From: a virus
Taxonomy: Duplodnaviria; Caudoviricetes
Direction: 5' to 3' (one strand)
Virus record (IMG/VR): IMGVR_UViG_3300005670_000019
DNA length: 64,000 nt
The notes below the pieces were generated by a model, which was not told the DNA's origin, made no database searches, and worked only from the letters and a program-made list of their open reading frames with translations. A program made the translations under genes and the position numbers. Each line of letters begins with the position of its first letter. Position 1 is the stretch's first letter. Of this stretch, positions 27,431 through 36,773 are shown piece by piece.

Positions 27431-28128
27431 ACATTTTCAACTGGATGAAGCATTGCAATTTCATCTTCGATGTTCTTTCGAGCCTTCTTCTCAAACTCTT
27501 CGAAAATGTAAGAAGAGTGTGCATTCTCAAATATAAGAGGCTTTCGTTTCAGTCCCTCAAGAAAGGCACGCCGACCTTTCCAAAAGGTTTTTTCATCAGT
27601 CCAATAGAGATACTCTTTCTTTACGTTTTCAACGTATCGAGAGTATTCTCCCCAATCCGATCCCATGATTGCATAATCAACGTCATCAAACAAAGATTTC
27701 AACGCATTCCAACGAGCAATCTCTTCATTTGAATAATGAGAACTTACCGTATTTTCAGAACCTTTTAGGTAAATCAAATGCAGACAACCAAATGGAGAAA
27801 ATGTGCCGCCCTGAATTTTTCCTGGCGAGTTTCGAAGTTCATCATTTAGATGAGTTCTCAAAAGCTCCGCAGAAAGTTTCTCACTTTCCATTCCCGGAAT
27901 GTAGATTGCATCATGATACAAGAAAGCAAGTTTGAAAAGCTCCTTTTCAACATCAGAAATGCTAAGTCGATCTGTGAGAGCAAAGCATTTCTCGATATGA
28001 AGCCAGTTATGATAATGTCTGTTTGGTGCGTTGTAAAGTGGTGCAATCAATGGCAATTTTTCAAGCCAAAGACTTCGCATTTTTTCAATTTTGTAGATTG
28101 AGACAGGATGCATAATTTTCTCTTTCAA
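27427..28128 (-). CDS. HD-superfamily metal-dependent phosphohydrolase
   Basis: RHYHNWLHI, LYHDAIY, DVDYAIMG, KKEY, GR.AFL. Confidence 0.85.
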   Translation of the reverse strand: MKEKIMHPVSIYKIEKMRSLWLEKLPLIAPLYNAPNRHYHNWLHIEKCFALTDRLSISDVEKELFKLAFLYHDAIYIPGMESEKLSAELLRTHLNDELRNSPGKIQGGTFSPFGCLHLIYLKGSENTVSSHYSNEEIARWNALKSLFDDVDYAIMGSDWGEYSRYVENVKKEYLYWTDEKTFWKGRRAFLEGLKRKPLIFENAHSSYIFEEFEKKARKNIEDEIAMLHPVENV

Positions 28129-28409
28129 GTAACAAAGTACAATCCACGTGGTTGATCACCTTTGTTTATTGTGGTCTGCCACGAACCATATCCCCATGTG
28201 TCCGGACATTTTCCGTTAGTTGATCCAATTGGATAAATGTAAAAGTTTTCTTCGTCTTCTTCAAGAACTAAGAAGAGAACAAAACTCTTCAAATGTTCCG
28301 CAAAGAACATGTCACCAATTTTCCAGTTCTTTATGAGCTTGTCTTTCCGCTCAAAATAAGGAAAACGACAAGGAATTTCAGGAACACTTATGTATTGCGA
28401 GCCTGACAT
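28125..28409 (-). CDS. hypothetical protein, possibly family C
   Basis: WKIGDMFF..FVLFLVLEED...YPIG. Confidence 0.6.
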   Translation of the reverse strand: MSGSQYISVPEIPCRFPYFERKDKLIKNWKIGDMFFAEHLKSFVLFLVLEEDEENFYIYPIGSTNGKCPDTWGYGSWQTTINKGDQPRGLYFVT

Positions 28410-28878
28410 GATGTTCTCTCAATCCTCCCCCGACTTTTTGAAAGGAGGTTCGTACCGCAAACTTTGTGAGTTCTTCATTCATTTCTGCATCATCAAGAAT
28501 GAGAAAGTTTTTTACATGAGGATTTTCATCAAGGAAGGTTTGGATTTCAACTGCTCTTGGAAAAGGTTCACCTTCTTTTCCACTTCTTACATTCGGTCCA
28601 GTTTTCCCAACAAGCTTACCAATGAAACCTTTCATTTCTAAAGCAGATTGAAGAACCTCTAAAGAGTGATAGTTCCTCATTGTTGCTGACAAGATTACCA
28701 AAACTTTATTTGGTCCACCAAGTCCTCGGATGATTTCATTCAAATGTTCAACATGAAAGGTCATAAAGAACGAAGAAACATTCTCGACTTCCGTCCCACC
28801 CCTGTCAAAATCCTTGAGGTTTGCTTGAGAGTTCAAAACTCCATCAATGTCAAGGAAAATGTAAATCTTGTCATCCAT
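28378..28878 (-). CDS. HAD phosphatase (HAD_SAK_2-like, RNA-repair type)
   Basis: IFLDIDGVLN, ILSATMR, RAVEIQTFL, FLILDD. Confidence 0.85.
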   Translation of the reverse strand: MDDKIYIFLDIDGVLNSQANLKDFDRGGTEVENVSSFFMTFHVEHLNEIIRGLGGPNKVLVILSATMRNYHSLEVLQSALEMKGFIGKLVGKTGPNVRSGKEGEPFPRAVEIQTFLDENPHVKNFLILDDAEMNEELTKFAVRTSFQKVGGGLREHHVRLAIHKCS

Positions 28879-28883
28879 GCTTC

Positions 28884-28912
28884 ATCATAACAGGATTTTG
28901 GACAAATTTCAA
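28884..28912 (-). promoter_or_regulatory. early promoter, predicted leaderless
   Basis: TTGAAA-17bp(TGT)-TATGAT, 5 nt before ATG 28878. Confidence 0.85.
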
Positions 28913-29208
28913 GCTTTCGCATATAAGCGAATAGCAGCCGATGGTTTCTCTTGTTCAGCTCCCCGCGCCTCGTGCCGTAAGAAATTTTCAATTACAATTT
29001 TATGACTTTCATCGAGTTTCAAAATGCAACGTTTTGTTATTCCTATAATTCGGAAAGTCAATTCTTCATCTTCTATTTCCTCAATAACACAAAGACCAAA
29101 ATCATTGAAAAATCTAAAAATAAAAAGAGTTCCAAGTTTGACATCATCCAACTGAACAAATGGCAACTCTTCAAACTGTTCATGTGTCATTTGGAAGTTT
29201 GTCAACAT
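28909..29208 (-). CDS. paralogue family C member
   Basis: FQMTHEQFEELP..LGTLFIFR; close to 30398..30700. Confidence 0.8.
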   Translation of the reverse strand: MLTNFQMTHEQFEELPFVQLDDVKLGTLFIFRFFNDFGLCVIEEIEDEELTFRIIGITKRCILKLDESHKIVIENFLRHEARGAEQEKPSAAIRLYAKA

Positions 29209-29489
29209 AGTTTTCTCAAACTAGTTTCTGATGTGTTTTTCGCTCTAAAGAGGTAAAATTCCATTCCTACAATGAGATGGGGAGCAAAGTTTTCGGTTAC
29301 TCCAATGCATGTAAGAAAAATACGGACAGGGTCCGAATTGTCAGAAACTAACCAAAAAGAAAATGATGCTTCTTTATCCTCATCTTGCGTATACGATCTT
29401 TCAACGAGAATATCTCCAACAGACAAAGGAACCATTGGAGATATTTGTTCAAGTTGGCAAAACTTCTCATCTGTCATTTCAATGATCAT
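29202..29489 (-). CDS. paralogue family C member
   Basis: EMTDEKF..VGDILVER..FSFWLV. Confidence 0.8.
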   Translation of the reverse strand: MIIEMTDEKFCQLEQISPMVPLSVGDILVERSYTQDEDKEASFSFWLVSDNSDPVRIFLTCIGVTENFAPHLIVGMEFYLFRAKNTSETSLRKLC

Positions 29490-29497
29490 AGCTGACC

Positions 29498-29809
29498 TTA
29501 GAAAACTCTTCTCAAATCATTTGCATAGTTTTTATAAGCTATAGCAAAAGCTTCTCTTTTATAAGAGACGCAATGTCCGGGAACAAGTCCAGTATCTTTT
29601 TTGGAATAGTAGTCATCTGATCTTGCCAAAAGAATAAGATCAAATCTTTCTGGATTTGGATTGTTCATTACCAACCAAAAACTAAATAACGTTTTGAGGT
29701 TATGTCCTTTTGGCGGAACCCACCTTTGAATAATAATGTCCCCAACTTCCATAACCTTTGTGAGTTCTGGAAGTTTGAAGAACTCTTCATCCGTCATTTC
29801 GAATCCCAT
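29498..29809 (-). CDS. paralogue family C member
   Basis: FEMTDEEF..VGDIIIQR..FSFWLV. Confidence 0.8.
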   Translation of the reverse strand: MGFEMTDEEFFKLPELTKVMEVGDIIIQRWVPPKGHNLKTLFSFWLVMNNPNPERFDLILLARSDDYYSKKDTGLVPGHCVSYKREAFAIAYKNYANDLRRVF

Positions 29810-30094
29810 TCAACAAATCTTTCTCAAAAAACGGTGGCATCGGGACCAAGCGAGTAATTCTCTCGAATAGAAAAGTTTTGCTCCAAGCTCCACTCGTTCA
29901 TCATAGCTTTTTGTCTTTCCGAGAAGCATGAGTTGTACTCTTTCCGGATTTTCAATAATCAATAACCACAAAGCAAATGAGACTTCATGTTTATGAGAAT
30001 CAGGCGAAATTCTTTCAATGAACATGTCACCAGATTCGAAATCTGAGTGTTCTGTAAGTTCATAAAACTTTTCGTCTGTCATTTCAAATTCCAT
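29810..30094 (-). CDS. paralogue family C member
   Basis: FEMTDEKF..SGDMFIER..FALWLL. Confidence 0.8.
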   Translation of the reverse strand: MEFEMTDEKFYELTEHSDFESGDMFIERISPDSHKHEVSFALWLLIIENPERVQLMLLGKTKSYDERVELGAKLFYSRELLAWSRCHRFLRKIC

Positions 30095-30095
30095 G

Positions 30096-30401
30096 TCACA
30101 TCCCGTAAATTTTCCAAAACACACTGGAACATAAGTTTGAACAATTCAAATAGTGCTTTTCTGGAAATACATCAAACCAATCTGGTTGCGTGGATATTCT
30201 TTGAATTGAACAAAGAATGTCCTTTCTGTTCAGTCTTGTTGACTCCTCAAACAGTGAGATGATAACGAATAGAGCAAATCGGTCAGAGACTTGAAGATCA
30301 AATTGATCATGATAAATTAGAAAAGACCCGCATTGAATGTCGCTTACATTCTCCACGGATCTTCCTTGATGCCACATTTCTTCAATCATTGGGAATCTCA
30401 A
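30096..30401 (-). CDS. paralogue family C member (diverged)
   Basis: FPMIEEMW..CGSFLIY..FALFVI. Confidence 0.65.
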   Translation of the reverse strand: MRFPMIEEMWHQGRSVENVSDIQCGSFLIYHDQFDLQVSDRFALFVIISLFEESTRLNRKDILCSIQRISTQPDWFDVFPEKHYLNCSNLCSSVFWKIYGM

Positions 30402-30700
30402 GATTCTGCATAAAGTCGCATTTCGCTAATTGCGGTTGTTGCGCCAAGTAAAGGTGTTGCTGGTTTTAGAAACCTTGGAATTGAAAGTTTCTGGTGCGAA
30501 TCAACATCCAAAGAAAAGCGTTTGCTTTTTGCAATAATACGAAAAGAAACTTCCTCGTCGTCCACTTCTTCAATGATACAAAGACCAAAGTCATAAAAAA
30601 CTCTGAATATGAATAGAGTTCCAAGGACGACATGCTTCTGTTCAAGTTTCGGTAAATCTTGAAACTGTTCAAATGTCATCTGAAAATTCGATAACATCAT
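30398..30700 (-). CDS. paralogue family C member
   Basis: FQMTFEQFQDLP..LGTLFIFR. Confidence 0.8.
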   Translation of the reverse strand: MMLSNFQMTFEQFQDLPKLEQKHVVLGTLFIFRVFYDFGLCIIEEVDDEEVSFRIIAKSKRFSLDVDSHQKLSIPRFLKPATPLLGATTAISEMRLYAES

Positions 30701-31368
30701 CCATTCCAAAGAAAGTCTTGATAGTATCCGATTACTCGCCTCGAATAATCGTATCCATGGTCACAACTTCCCGAAGCGTACATATTCAAAGCCTTGTCGA
30801 TGTTTCCACAACGTTCAAGAGAACGTCGAAGAAGACTGACACTTGTTCGAATAACCTGACCTTGACAGTGTCCGAGTCTATCTCTACAAAACTGCTCACG
30901 GAATCTTCGATCTCTTACAAAGCGCACAGAACGTCCGTGAGGAGAACGTGGATGAAGTTGCAGAATACCTCTTGTTCCAATCTCTGATTCAGCATATGCA
31001 TTGAAACGACTTTCATGATATGCTTGAGCAAGTACAAGCCATGGAGAAATTCCATTTGCTCGTGCTTCATTCCAAATGATATTTACATATCTGCGAACAG
31101 TACGCTCGCATCCATGAGGTGTATTTCGACACCAAGAAACGTAAACAGGATTTCCGTTTCGGGTCATAAAAGACCCATCATTCCAACGGAGAGTTAGTCG
31201 GTTCAAAACCTTTTCGACTGCTTCCAACGGAGCAGGCTCACAATATGGAGCAATGCTTACAGAAGGTTCCTGACCTTCTGCTGTTGAAGCGCAAAAAGAA
31301 AGATGAAGTGCAAAAGAGATAGCCAAAGCCATAAAGATGGCTTTATGTTCAGTCTTCATACGCTTCAT
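30697..31368 (-). CDS. SLT-family lytic transglycosylase with N-terminal signal/TM
   Basis: LVLAQAYHESRFN, GILQL, ALNMYASG, YSRRV. Confidence 0.8.
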   Translation of the reverse strand: MKRMKTEHKAIFMALAISFALHLSFCASTAEGQEPSVSIAPYCEPAPLEAVEKVLNRLTLRWNDGSFMTRNGNPVYVSWCRNTPHGCERTVRRYVNIIWNEARANGISPWLVLAQAYHESRFNAYAESEIGTRGILQLHPRSPHGRSVRFVRDRRFREQFCRDRLGHCQGQVIRTSVSLLRRSLERCGNIDKALNMYASGSCDHGYDYSRRVIGYYQDFLWNG

Positions 31369-31648
31369 TAGAACGTCCCTTCTTCTCAAGATGACGGAAA
31401 GTGATGATGCCGCTTGAAGTGTCGTACGGACTTACTTCAACAGTAACGGTATCATTCTCATAGACATTGATTTTGTTGTAGTGAATCTTGCCTGAAAGTT
31501 TGGCTTTGATTTGTTGAGGCTTACCATCCTTTCCCTTGAATTCAACTACATAAATTCCGCGATTACACGAGGTAACGCGACCCTTAATTTCAATCTTATC
31601 AGTCAAAAGTATTTTCCTATTTTTTGTTTGTTGAGAAGTTGTCTTCAT
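31349..31648 (-). CDS. infA: translation initiation factor IF-1
   Basis: DKIEIKGRV..AKLSGKI..NKINV..NDTVTVEVSPYDTSSGIITFR. Confidence 0.9.
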   Translation of the reverse strand: MKTTSQQTKNRKILLTDKIEIKGRVTSCNRGIYVVEFKGKDGKPQQIKAKLSGKIHYNKINVYENDTVTVEVSPYDTSSGIITFRHLEKKGRSNEAYED

Positions 31649-31668
31649 GGACAACCAGCGATGTATCC

Positions 31669-31697
31669 ATCATCGCACATTTTGACGAATATTTCAA
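31669..31697 (-). promoter_or_regulatory. early promoter of infA
   Basis: TTGAAA-17bp(TGC)-GATGAT. Confidence 0.7.
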
Positions 31698-31963
31698 GCA
31701 TACTCGTCAAGAATAAGTGCATTTGAAAGATCAAGATCGATTAGAACTGTATTATGAGTTGGTTCAATAGATACAAGAATGGGAAGTTGATAAGCTGGAT
31801 TTGTTTCTGTCATCAAGCAATGAGCCCGTCTATGTTCAAGAAGAACTTTGATTTCATCAATTGTTGATGGTCTTAGAAGTTTGTTTGTAAAAAATCTATT
31901 TGCAAGATCCTGATAATCAGTCAGCACTCTTGCTATGTCTCTTTTTAGAACTCTTGTTTTCAT
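31694..31963 (-). CDS. hypothetical protein
   Basis: 89 aa, ATGA overlap. Confidence 0.65.
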   Translation of the reverse strand: MKTRVLKRDIARVLTDYQDLANRFFTNKLLRPSTIDEIKVLLEHRRAHCLMTETNPAYQLPILVSIEPTHNTVLIDLDLSNALILDEYA

Positions 31964-32187
31964 TTCTTGTTCTCTTTCTTCATGTGGTCATAGAACGGAA
32001 CAATCCTGTTTTTCAAATACCAACTCTTTGAAGGAGCTGAAAGGAATTCATCTGCTGTTTCGCTCGGGACACCAACGTAATCATACACGGCTCCATTTTT
32101 GAAAAACACTGTGAGATTTTCCATAAAGCTATCATATTCGATAGCCTGGATGTTGTTACTTTCAACAAAGGTTTTTCTGAAACTCAT
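31960..32187 (-). CDS. KTSC domain protein
   Basis: VESNNIQAIEYD..LTVFFKNGAVYDYVGVP..FLSAPSK. Confidence 0.9.
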   Translation of the reverse strand: MSFRKTFVESNNIQAIEYDSFMENLTVFFKNGAVYDYVGVPSETADEFLSAPSKSWYLKNRIVPFYDHMKKENKK

Positions 32188-32211
32188 ACAGTTTATTCTG
32201 TGCTGCAATTG

Positions 32212-32238
32212 CAAAGGGCTCCATTGAGGAGCCCTTTG
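32212..32238 (-). terminator. stem-loop, probable terminator
   Basis: CAAAGGGCTCC-loop-GGAGCCCTTTG. Confidence 0.65.
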
Positions 32239-32257
32239 AAGTTTGTTCAAATATTGT

Positions 32258-33226
32258 TCAGTTGACTGACTGAACAATCCCGCTGTGACGATAGGACCAA
32301 ATTTCAAACTTGGAACCATCTTCTCGTTCAAGCTCAAGCTTGATCTGTCCAAAACGACCAGCCATCTTCTTTGCTGAAAGCAAAGTGTGCATTCCCGCAA
32401 ATGAAGCCTCATTCGAGGTAACATTCACTTGAATGTTGCTCTTTCCAATCAAAGAAAGGAAGGTTTCCTTGAGAGCTTCTGCATTCTGCGCGTCATGCGA
32501 AAACTCTGTTGGCACCGAGCTTTCATCCGCATAGCCGAGCATCTTGATTTCGTTGTTTTCCGTCCACTTGACGTTCAAGATTTCATCACTGTTTGGAGTG
32601 CCAAAGGACATTGTATGTCCGGAAGAGACGTCTTCAACCCGCGCGATCATTGAAGCTCCCTTTCCCTTTCCTCGCTTTACTTCCAGAAGTCGATACTTTC
32701 CAGAAGTACGAGACGAGTTAGATCGGAAACTAACTTCAATCTCCTCTCCGATGTGTGTTTTGCCTAGGTCAGTGATTAGTGTCTTTAGTTCTTTCTTGTC
32801 CATATTTTTCCTCTTGTCCTGCGTTGGATCAAGTTTGGGGTTTAGTTTTTGTTGTTTTTGTTTTGGTGGCTTGGTGTCTGCCCTCACTGTAATAAGTGTA
32901 GCAGACTGTTGACCGAGATTCAATGCAATCTTTTCATCAAAATTTTTCTGCGCCTCAAGGAATTCCTTTGAATTGATTGAAACGTCACAAAACTCTTTCA
33001 AAGGAATCCAACATGAAGTTTTTAGAACCCGAGCATAACCACCGTCGGCTGATACAGCAACCGAACCAAACTCCACTCTTTGACCTTCTTGAAAAGAATG
33101 TTGCTTCTTGACAAGACTTTTGAAGTCGAAAGACGACAAAAAGCGTCCGGTCCCAACCACGACTTCTTCGCGTGGACCGGACGGACGCTTTACCCAACGA
33201 GCCTTATAGTTTTTTGCCATGCTCAA
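32258..33226 (-). CDS. hypothetical protein; probable internal in-frame gene starting at ATG 32803
   Basis: one open frame containing an internal promoter and GAGG SD before MDKKELK. Confidence 0.7.
   Translation of the reverse strand: MSMAKNYKARWVKRPSGPREEVVVGTGRFLSSFDFKSLVKKQHSFQEGQRVEFGSVAVSADGGYARVLKTSCWIPLKEFCDVSINSKEFLEAQKNFDEKIALNLGQQSATLITVRADTKPPKQKQQKLNPKLDPTQDKRKNMDKKELKTLITDLGKTHIGEEIEVSFRSNSSRTSGKYRLLEVKRGKGKGASMIARVEDVSSGHTMSFGTPNSDEILNVKWTENNEIKMLGYADESSVPTEFSHDAQNAEALKETFLSLIGKSNIQVNVTSNEASFAGMHTLLSAKKMAGRFGQIKLELEREDGSKFEIWSYRHSGIVQSVN
32895..32923 (-). promoter_or_regulatory. early promoter inside an ORF
   Basis: TTGAAT-17bp(TGC)-TACACT. Confidence 0.7.
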
Positions 33227-33807
33227 CTTTCGACTTCTTCAACCTCTTCAACTACCACAGGCTTTTCAGGCATGTACTTTACTGGCATGATGTTTGGATA
33301 CAACGCGGGTACGAGATTGTCGCGCTGCTCAAAAGTCGTAATCTTTGTGAACTTTCCATTCTCTTCCTGCGCAGAGATAAAGGAAGGAAAGAACATGTAC
33401 TTGTCAAAGTACGTTGAATAGGCGGAGATTCCGAAGACTCCTGCAAATCGCTTCTTTTGAGACTTCATCTTCACCAAGGTGTTTGAAATCACCTTTTGAA
33501 GCTCAGGAGAAAGTTTCAAAATCTGATATCGCATGAACATGAAACTCCCATGCGGAGGAGTCATTGTTGCGAAATGGGTTGACGCATATGTTTGCGGTCG
33601 TGCCACAAAAATATTCGTGTCGTTGTTCTTTGTCCAAGAGAACATCGAAAGCCGCTTGGCGGCGCTCAGGTCCAGCGGCATGTACTCATAAATCGGATGA
33701 GCAATGAATACCTTGTCCGCAAGGTAGAAAATCTCACCGGGAAGAAAAGTGTCTTCCGGGGACAACTCCTTTTCTAGCACCGCAATCTTTGCCGTCTTCT
33801 TATTCAT
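33223..33807 (-). CDS. hypothetical protein
   Basis: 194 aa. Confidence 0.7.
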   Translation of the reverse strand: MNKKTAKIAVLEKELSPEDTFLPGEIFYLADKVFIAHPIYEYMPLDLSAAKRLSMFSWTKNNDTNIFVARPQTYASTHFATMTPPHGSFMFMRYQILKLSPELQKVISNTLVKMKSQKKRFAGVFGISAYSTYFDKYMFFPSFISAQEENGKFTKITTFEQRDNLVPALYPNIMPVKYMPEKPVVVEEVEEVES

Positions 33808-34400
33808 TTCTTATACCTATCTTCTGCGTACATGAACAAAAACTGTTCGATTAGAAACTCTCCGAAAGTACAATCTTCCTGTCCCGACTCAACAAGAGTC
33901 TGAAACTTTGCTCTCATTTCCCTGAAAAAGAGTGGATTGCCTGATCCTGCGTAGGTGTTCATTAGTTGGTGAAAGAAAGCTTGACCCTTCGCTTTCCGTC
34001 GTCGATACTCCAAAACCGTTTCACGGTCCCAAGGCAAAAGATCGGGGTCACCATCCTTTTGTGTGTGGCACGCGTGGCAAAGAGGCTGAGTGTTCAAGGA
34101 GATATTCATCCCACCCTTTGACATTGGGTGGATATGATCCAACGTTAGCCTAATTACTCGTCCGTTCTTCACAGAACCATGACGAGCCCCACACGCGACG
34201 CAAGACCAGTTGCTTGAAGAAAGCAGACAAAACCAATCATAAGTTCGAAGGCGTCCATATACTCCGTGCCTCCGGGCACGCTTGTTGTTCGAGTTGATCG
34301 TGTTCTGAACGTTGCGATAACAACACAAGCATACGCCAGGGAAAGGTGATCGCTTTCCACGGACAAGTTGCGTCGTCTCGCATCGCTCACAAGTGGGCAT
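33804..34400 (-). CDS. HNH endonuclease
   Basis: CVAC..LTLDHIHPMSKGG.N...N.QPLCHACH. Confidence 0.9.
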   Translation of the reverse strand: MPTCERCETTQLVRGKRSPFPGVCLCCYRNVQNTINSNNKRARRHGVYGRLRTYDWFCLLSSSNWSCVACGARHGSVKNGRVIRLTLDHIHPMSKGGMNISLNTQPLCHACHTQKDGDPDLLPWDRETVLEYRRRKAKGQAFFHQLMNTYAGSGNPLFFREMRAKFQTLVESGQEDCTFGEFLIEQFLFMYAEDRYKK

Positions 34401-34406
34401 ATCTTG

Positions 34407-34435
34407 ATATTAGCAGGTTGGATGCCGAATTTCAA
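34407..34435 (-). promoter_or_regulatory. early promoter, predicted leaderless
   Basis: TTGAAA-17bp(TGC)-TAATAT, 6 nt before ATG 34400. Confidence 0.8.
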
Positions 34436-34459
34436 GTAATGCTAAGTGCCCGGAATTGC

Positions 34460-35359
34460 TCACTTTTTTCGCCCCGGATTTCCCGAGGTTTCTTCGACCT
34501 TTTTCTTCCGATAACGCTTAACAATTCCTTCATCAATTCGGCTCTTTGTATCCTCGCGCTCGACACCAAAAAAGGCTCTATTTTTGGTGAGTTCTTGAAT
34601 CGTTGCCAAGCTGGAATTCATAAGGTTTGAAAGTTCAGTGATGTCTTTTTTGTTGGCTTCGCCTGCACTTAGGACTTCAATGCACTTAGGAATTAATGTC
34701 TGAATTTGCTCTAGACTATCACGCAAAATCTCCTGTTCCGTTCCAAACTTTACAAGAGACTTTAGTCTGTTTGCTGTTTCGACACCTTTGCGCTCATTTC
34801 TAGATTTTTCATCCAAAAGACGCATTTCTCGAAAAAGAGATTGAAGTTGTTTTATGAAAATTTGATATTCGTTTGTTGGCATGAAGATATACTCTGTTCC
34901 TAATTTTGTTTGGGTTTCAACAAAACCCTCAAAGCAGATATAGTTGTAGTGAAAAGCATCACGCTTCGTCGTGATGTAAAAATGTCCAATTGCACCGTCT
35001 GGATAAACGTACTGTACTATTTTTTTGTCGTTTTTCTTGATGAACCTTTGCGCGACAGTGGGACGAATCATTCCCCTGCCATTTTGTTCTGCGAACTTAG
35101 CGTGTTCGAGGCTTTCAACCGAAAATTTCTTTGCTGTGCTATGCAAGGCATTGTAACTTTTTGGCGTCCACCACCCAGCAGCCAAAAGACAAAGAAAGTC
35201 ACCAAACCCTTCGGATTGAATTCTTGAAAAGTTTTTAGTCCACCACTTACAATTTTCAAGAGCGCCAGCTTGAGCTAGTGTTGGAAAACCATAAACAAAA
35301 TCAGGGTCTTCCTTGAACTTCTCTGCCATCAGTTTTTTGATTTTGTGAAAATCCATCAT
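34460..35359 (-). CDS. hypothetical protein
   Basis: 299 aa. Confidence 0.75.
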   Translation of the reverse strand: MMDFHKIKKLMAEKFKEDPDFVYGFPTLAQAGALENCKWWTKNFSRIQSEGFGDFLCLLAAGWWTPKSYNALHSTAKKFSVESLEHAKFAEQNGRGMIRPTVAQRFIKKNDKKIVQYVYPDGAIGHFYITTKRDAFHYNYICFEGFVETQTKLGTEYIFMPTNEYQIFIKQLQSLFREMRLLDEKSRNERKGVETANRLKSLVKFGTEQEILRDSLEQIQTLIPKCIEVLSAGEANKKDITELSNLMNSSLATIQELTKNRAFFGVEREDTKSRIDEGIVKRYRKKKVEETSGNPGRKK

Positions 35360-35673
35360 TCGTCCTCAAGTTTTCGCTGTGTCATGTAACCAGCAAATAG
35401 CCTTTTCATGACGTAAATGATCTCATCATCTTCTGCATAGGTCAGAAATAGCCCAAGTGCCTTCATGAAGTTTCTCTTTTTTTCTGTCATGAACGTGAGA
35501 ACATTTTCATGTGGAGGAACGTCTCTTTCTAGTTCACCAAAACCGTCAAGAAGAAGTTTCCAACCTTCATTCATCTTCTTGAGACGCTTGAGCTCTTTTT
35601 GCTGTTCAAGAACTACTCTCTTGGCTTTCATGAGTTCTTGTTCAGCAAGCCTAATATTTTCGTCAATGTTCAT
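35356..35673 (-). CDS. hypothetical coiled-coil protein
   Basis: ATG 35673 under a promoter. Confidence 0.7.
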   Translation of the reverse strand: MNIDENIRLAEQELMKAKRVVLEQQKELKRLKKMNEGWKLLLDGFGELERDVPPHENVLTFMTEKKRNFMKALGLFLTYAEDDEIIYVMKRLFAGYMTQRKLEDE

Positions 35674-35679
35674 ACCATG

Positions 35680-35708
35680 ATTGTGCAACAATTCCGAATA
35701 TCATTCAA
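35680..35708 (-). promoter_or_regulatory. early promoter, predicted leaderless
   Basis: TTGAAT-17bp-CACAAT, 6 nt before ATG 35673. Confidence 0.6.
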
Positions 35709-35778
35709 TTCATGGATAATCATGAGCCATGAATAGTTCCTGTCCCAAGTCTGCATCACCCGCGTTCGACAGTCAAAC

Positions 35779-35807
35779 GAAGAAAGGCGACCCGAAGGTC
35801 GCCTTTT
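35779..35807 (-). terminator. intrinsic terminator with cUUCGg loop
   Basis: AAAGGCGACC-TTCG-GGTCGCCTTT. Confidence 0.9.
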
Positions 35808-35845
35808 CACTCAAACTCTATCTTTTCGTCCCTTTGCTTTGAAGG

Positions 35846-36682
35846 TCAGGGCTTGTTCTCCAAGAATCGGACACCTCGGTCACTGATCTCGAAGGGGAAA
35901 CAGACACCAGCAACACCGAAGCGGTTCTTCTCGACCGAGAGAAGACGTTCACCGTACGTATCGGAACGACGGTCCTTGTCAAACTCCAAGTGAAGGTGAA
36001 CGTCGATCACGTGCTTCAACTTTCCCTTGCCAGCGTAGTCGCCGGACTTGTTGACGTGACCGATCATGAAAGCCACATTGAAGGACTGCTTCGCCCAACC
36101 CGAAAGGATTTCCGACGAACGCACGACAGCGTTGTCTTCCGACAACTGACGACCGCGAGTCTTCTTCCAGATGGGGAAACCGTCCTTGCCGAGTCCCTTC
36201 TTCTCCAAGAGAGGTTCGCCGGTCTTCTCGTCCGTGGCGTAGTTTGGAACGTCCAGAGTCGGAAGCGAGTCCTGAATCAGGAAAACGGTCTTGCCCGGAT
36301 TTTCCTTCTCGACCTTGCGCAGGAGGTGAACCAAGCGAAAAACGTCCGTCTCGCAAGCCGGAATGAAACCGTGCTTCAAGCGGAGACGCTTCGTGGTCTT
36401 GCGCATCTGCAAGACACTCTCCTCGTTTCCATTGTAGAGCGCAACGTTGCCCGAACCAGTGATCGCATCAGCAAGCTGAAACATCAGCGTGCTCTTTCCA
36501 CCACCGGGAACACCAGTCACCATCGTGACGGTCGAAGGCGTGATGCCGTCTCCAGCCATCAGAAGGTCAACGTTCTTCAATCCCGTGGGGATGTTGACCT
36601 CCATCGCAGCAGGAACGTCAATGTCCAGAATGTTCGTCTTCGTGGTCAGCTCGATGCCCGAATTCAAACCATTGATCTTCAT
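35846..36682 (-). CDS. radA: RadA/Sms-like RecA-fold ATPase (core only)
   Basis: GVPGGGKSTL, LYNGNEES, LIQDSL, IGHVNKSG..AG...LKH.ID, EKNRFG. Confidence 0.85.
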   Translation of the reverse strand: MKINGLNSGIELTTKTNILDIDVPAAMEVNIPTGLKNVDLLMAGDGITPSTVTMVTGVPGGGKSTLMFQLADAITGSGNVALYNGNEESVLQMRKTTKRLRLKHGFIPACETDVFRLVHLLRKVEKENPGKTVFLIQDSLPTLDVPNYATDEKTGEPLLEKKGLGKDGFPIWKKTRGRQLSEDNAVVRSSEILSGWAKQSFNVAFMIGHVNKSGDYAGKGKLKHVIDVHLHLEFDKDRRSDTYGERLLSVEKNRFGVAGVCFPFEISDRGVRFLENKP

Positions 36683-36744
36683 GTATTGTTCTCCCTGAAC
36701 CTGTGTCGTTTTGGGCGGCTCTGTGCCTGTCCCTCGATGCTTCT

Positions 36745-36773
36745 AAGATAACAGGTTACCACCAGACTTTCAA
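36745..36773 (-). promoter_or_regulatory. early promoter of radA-like gene
   Basis: TTGAAA-17bp(TGT)-TATCTT. Confidence 0.8.
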
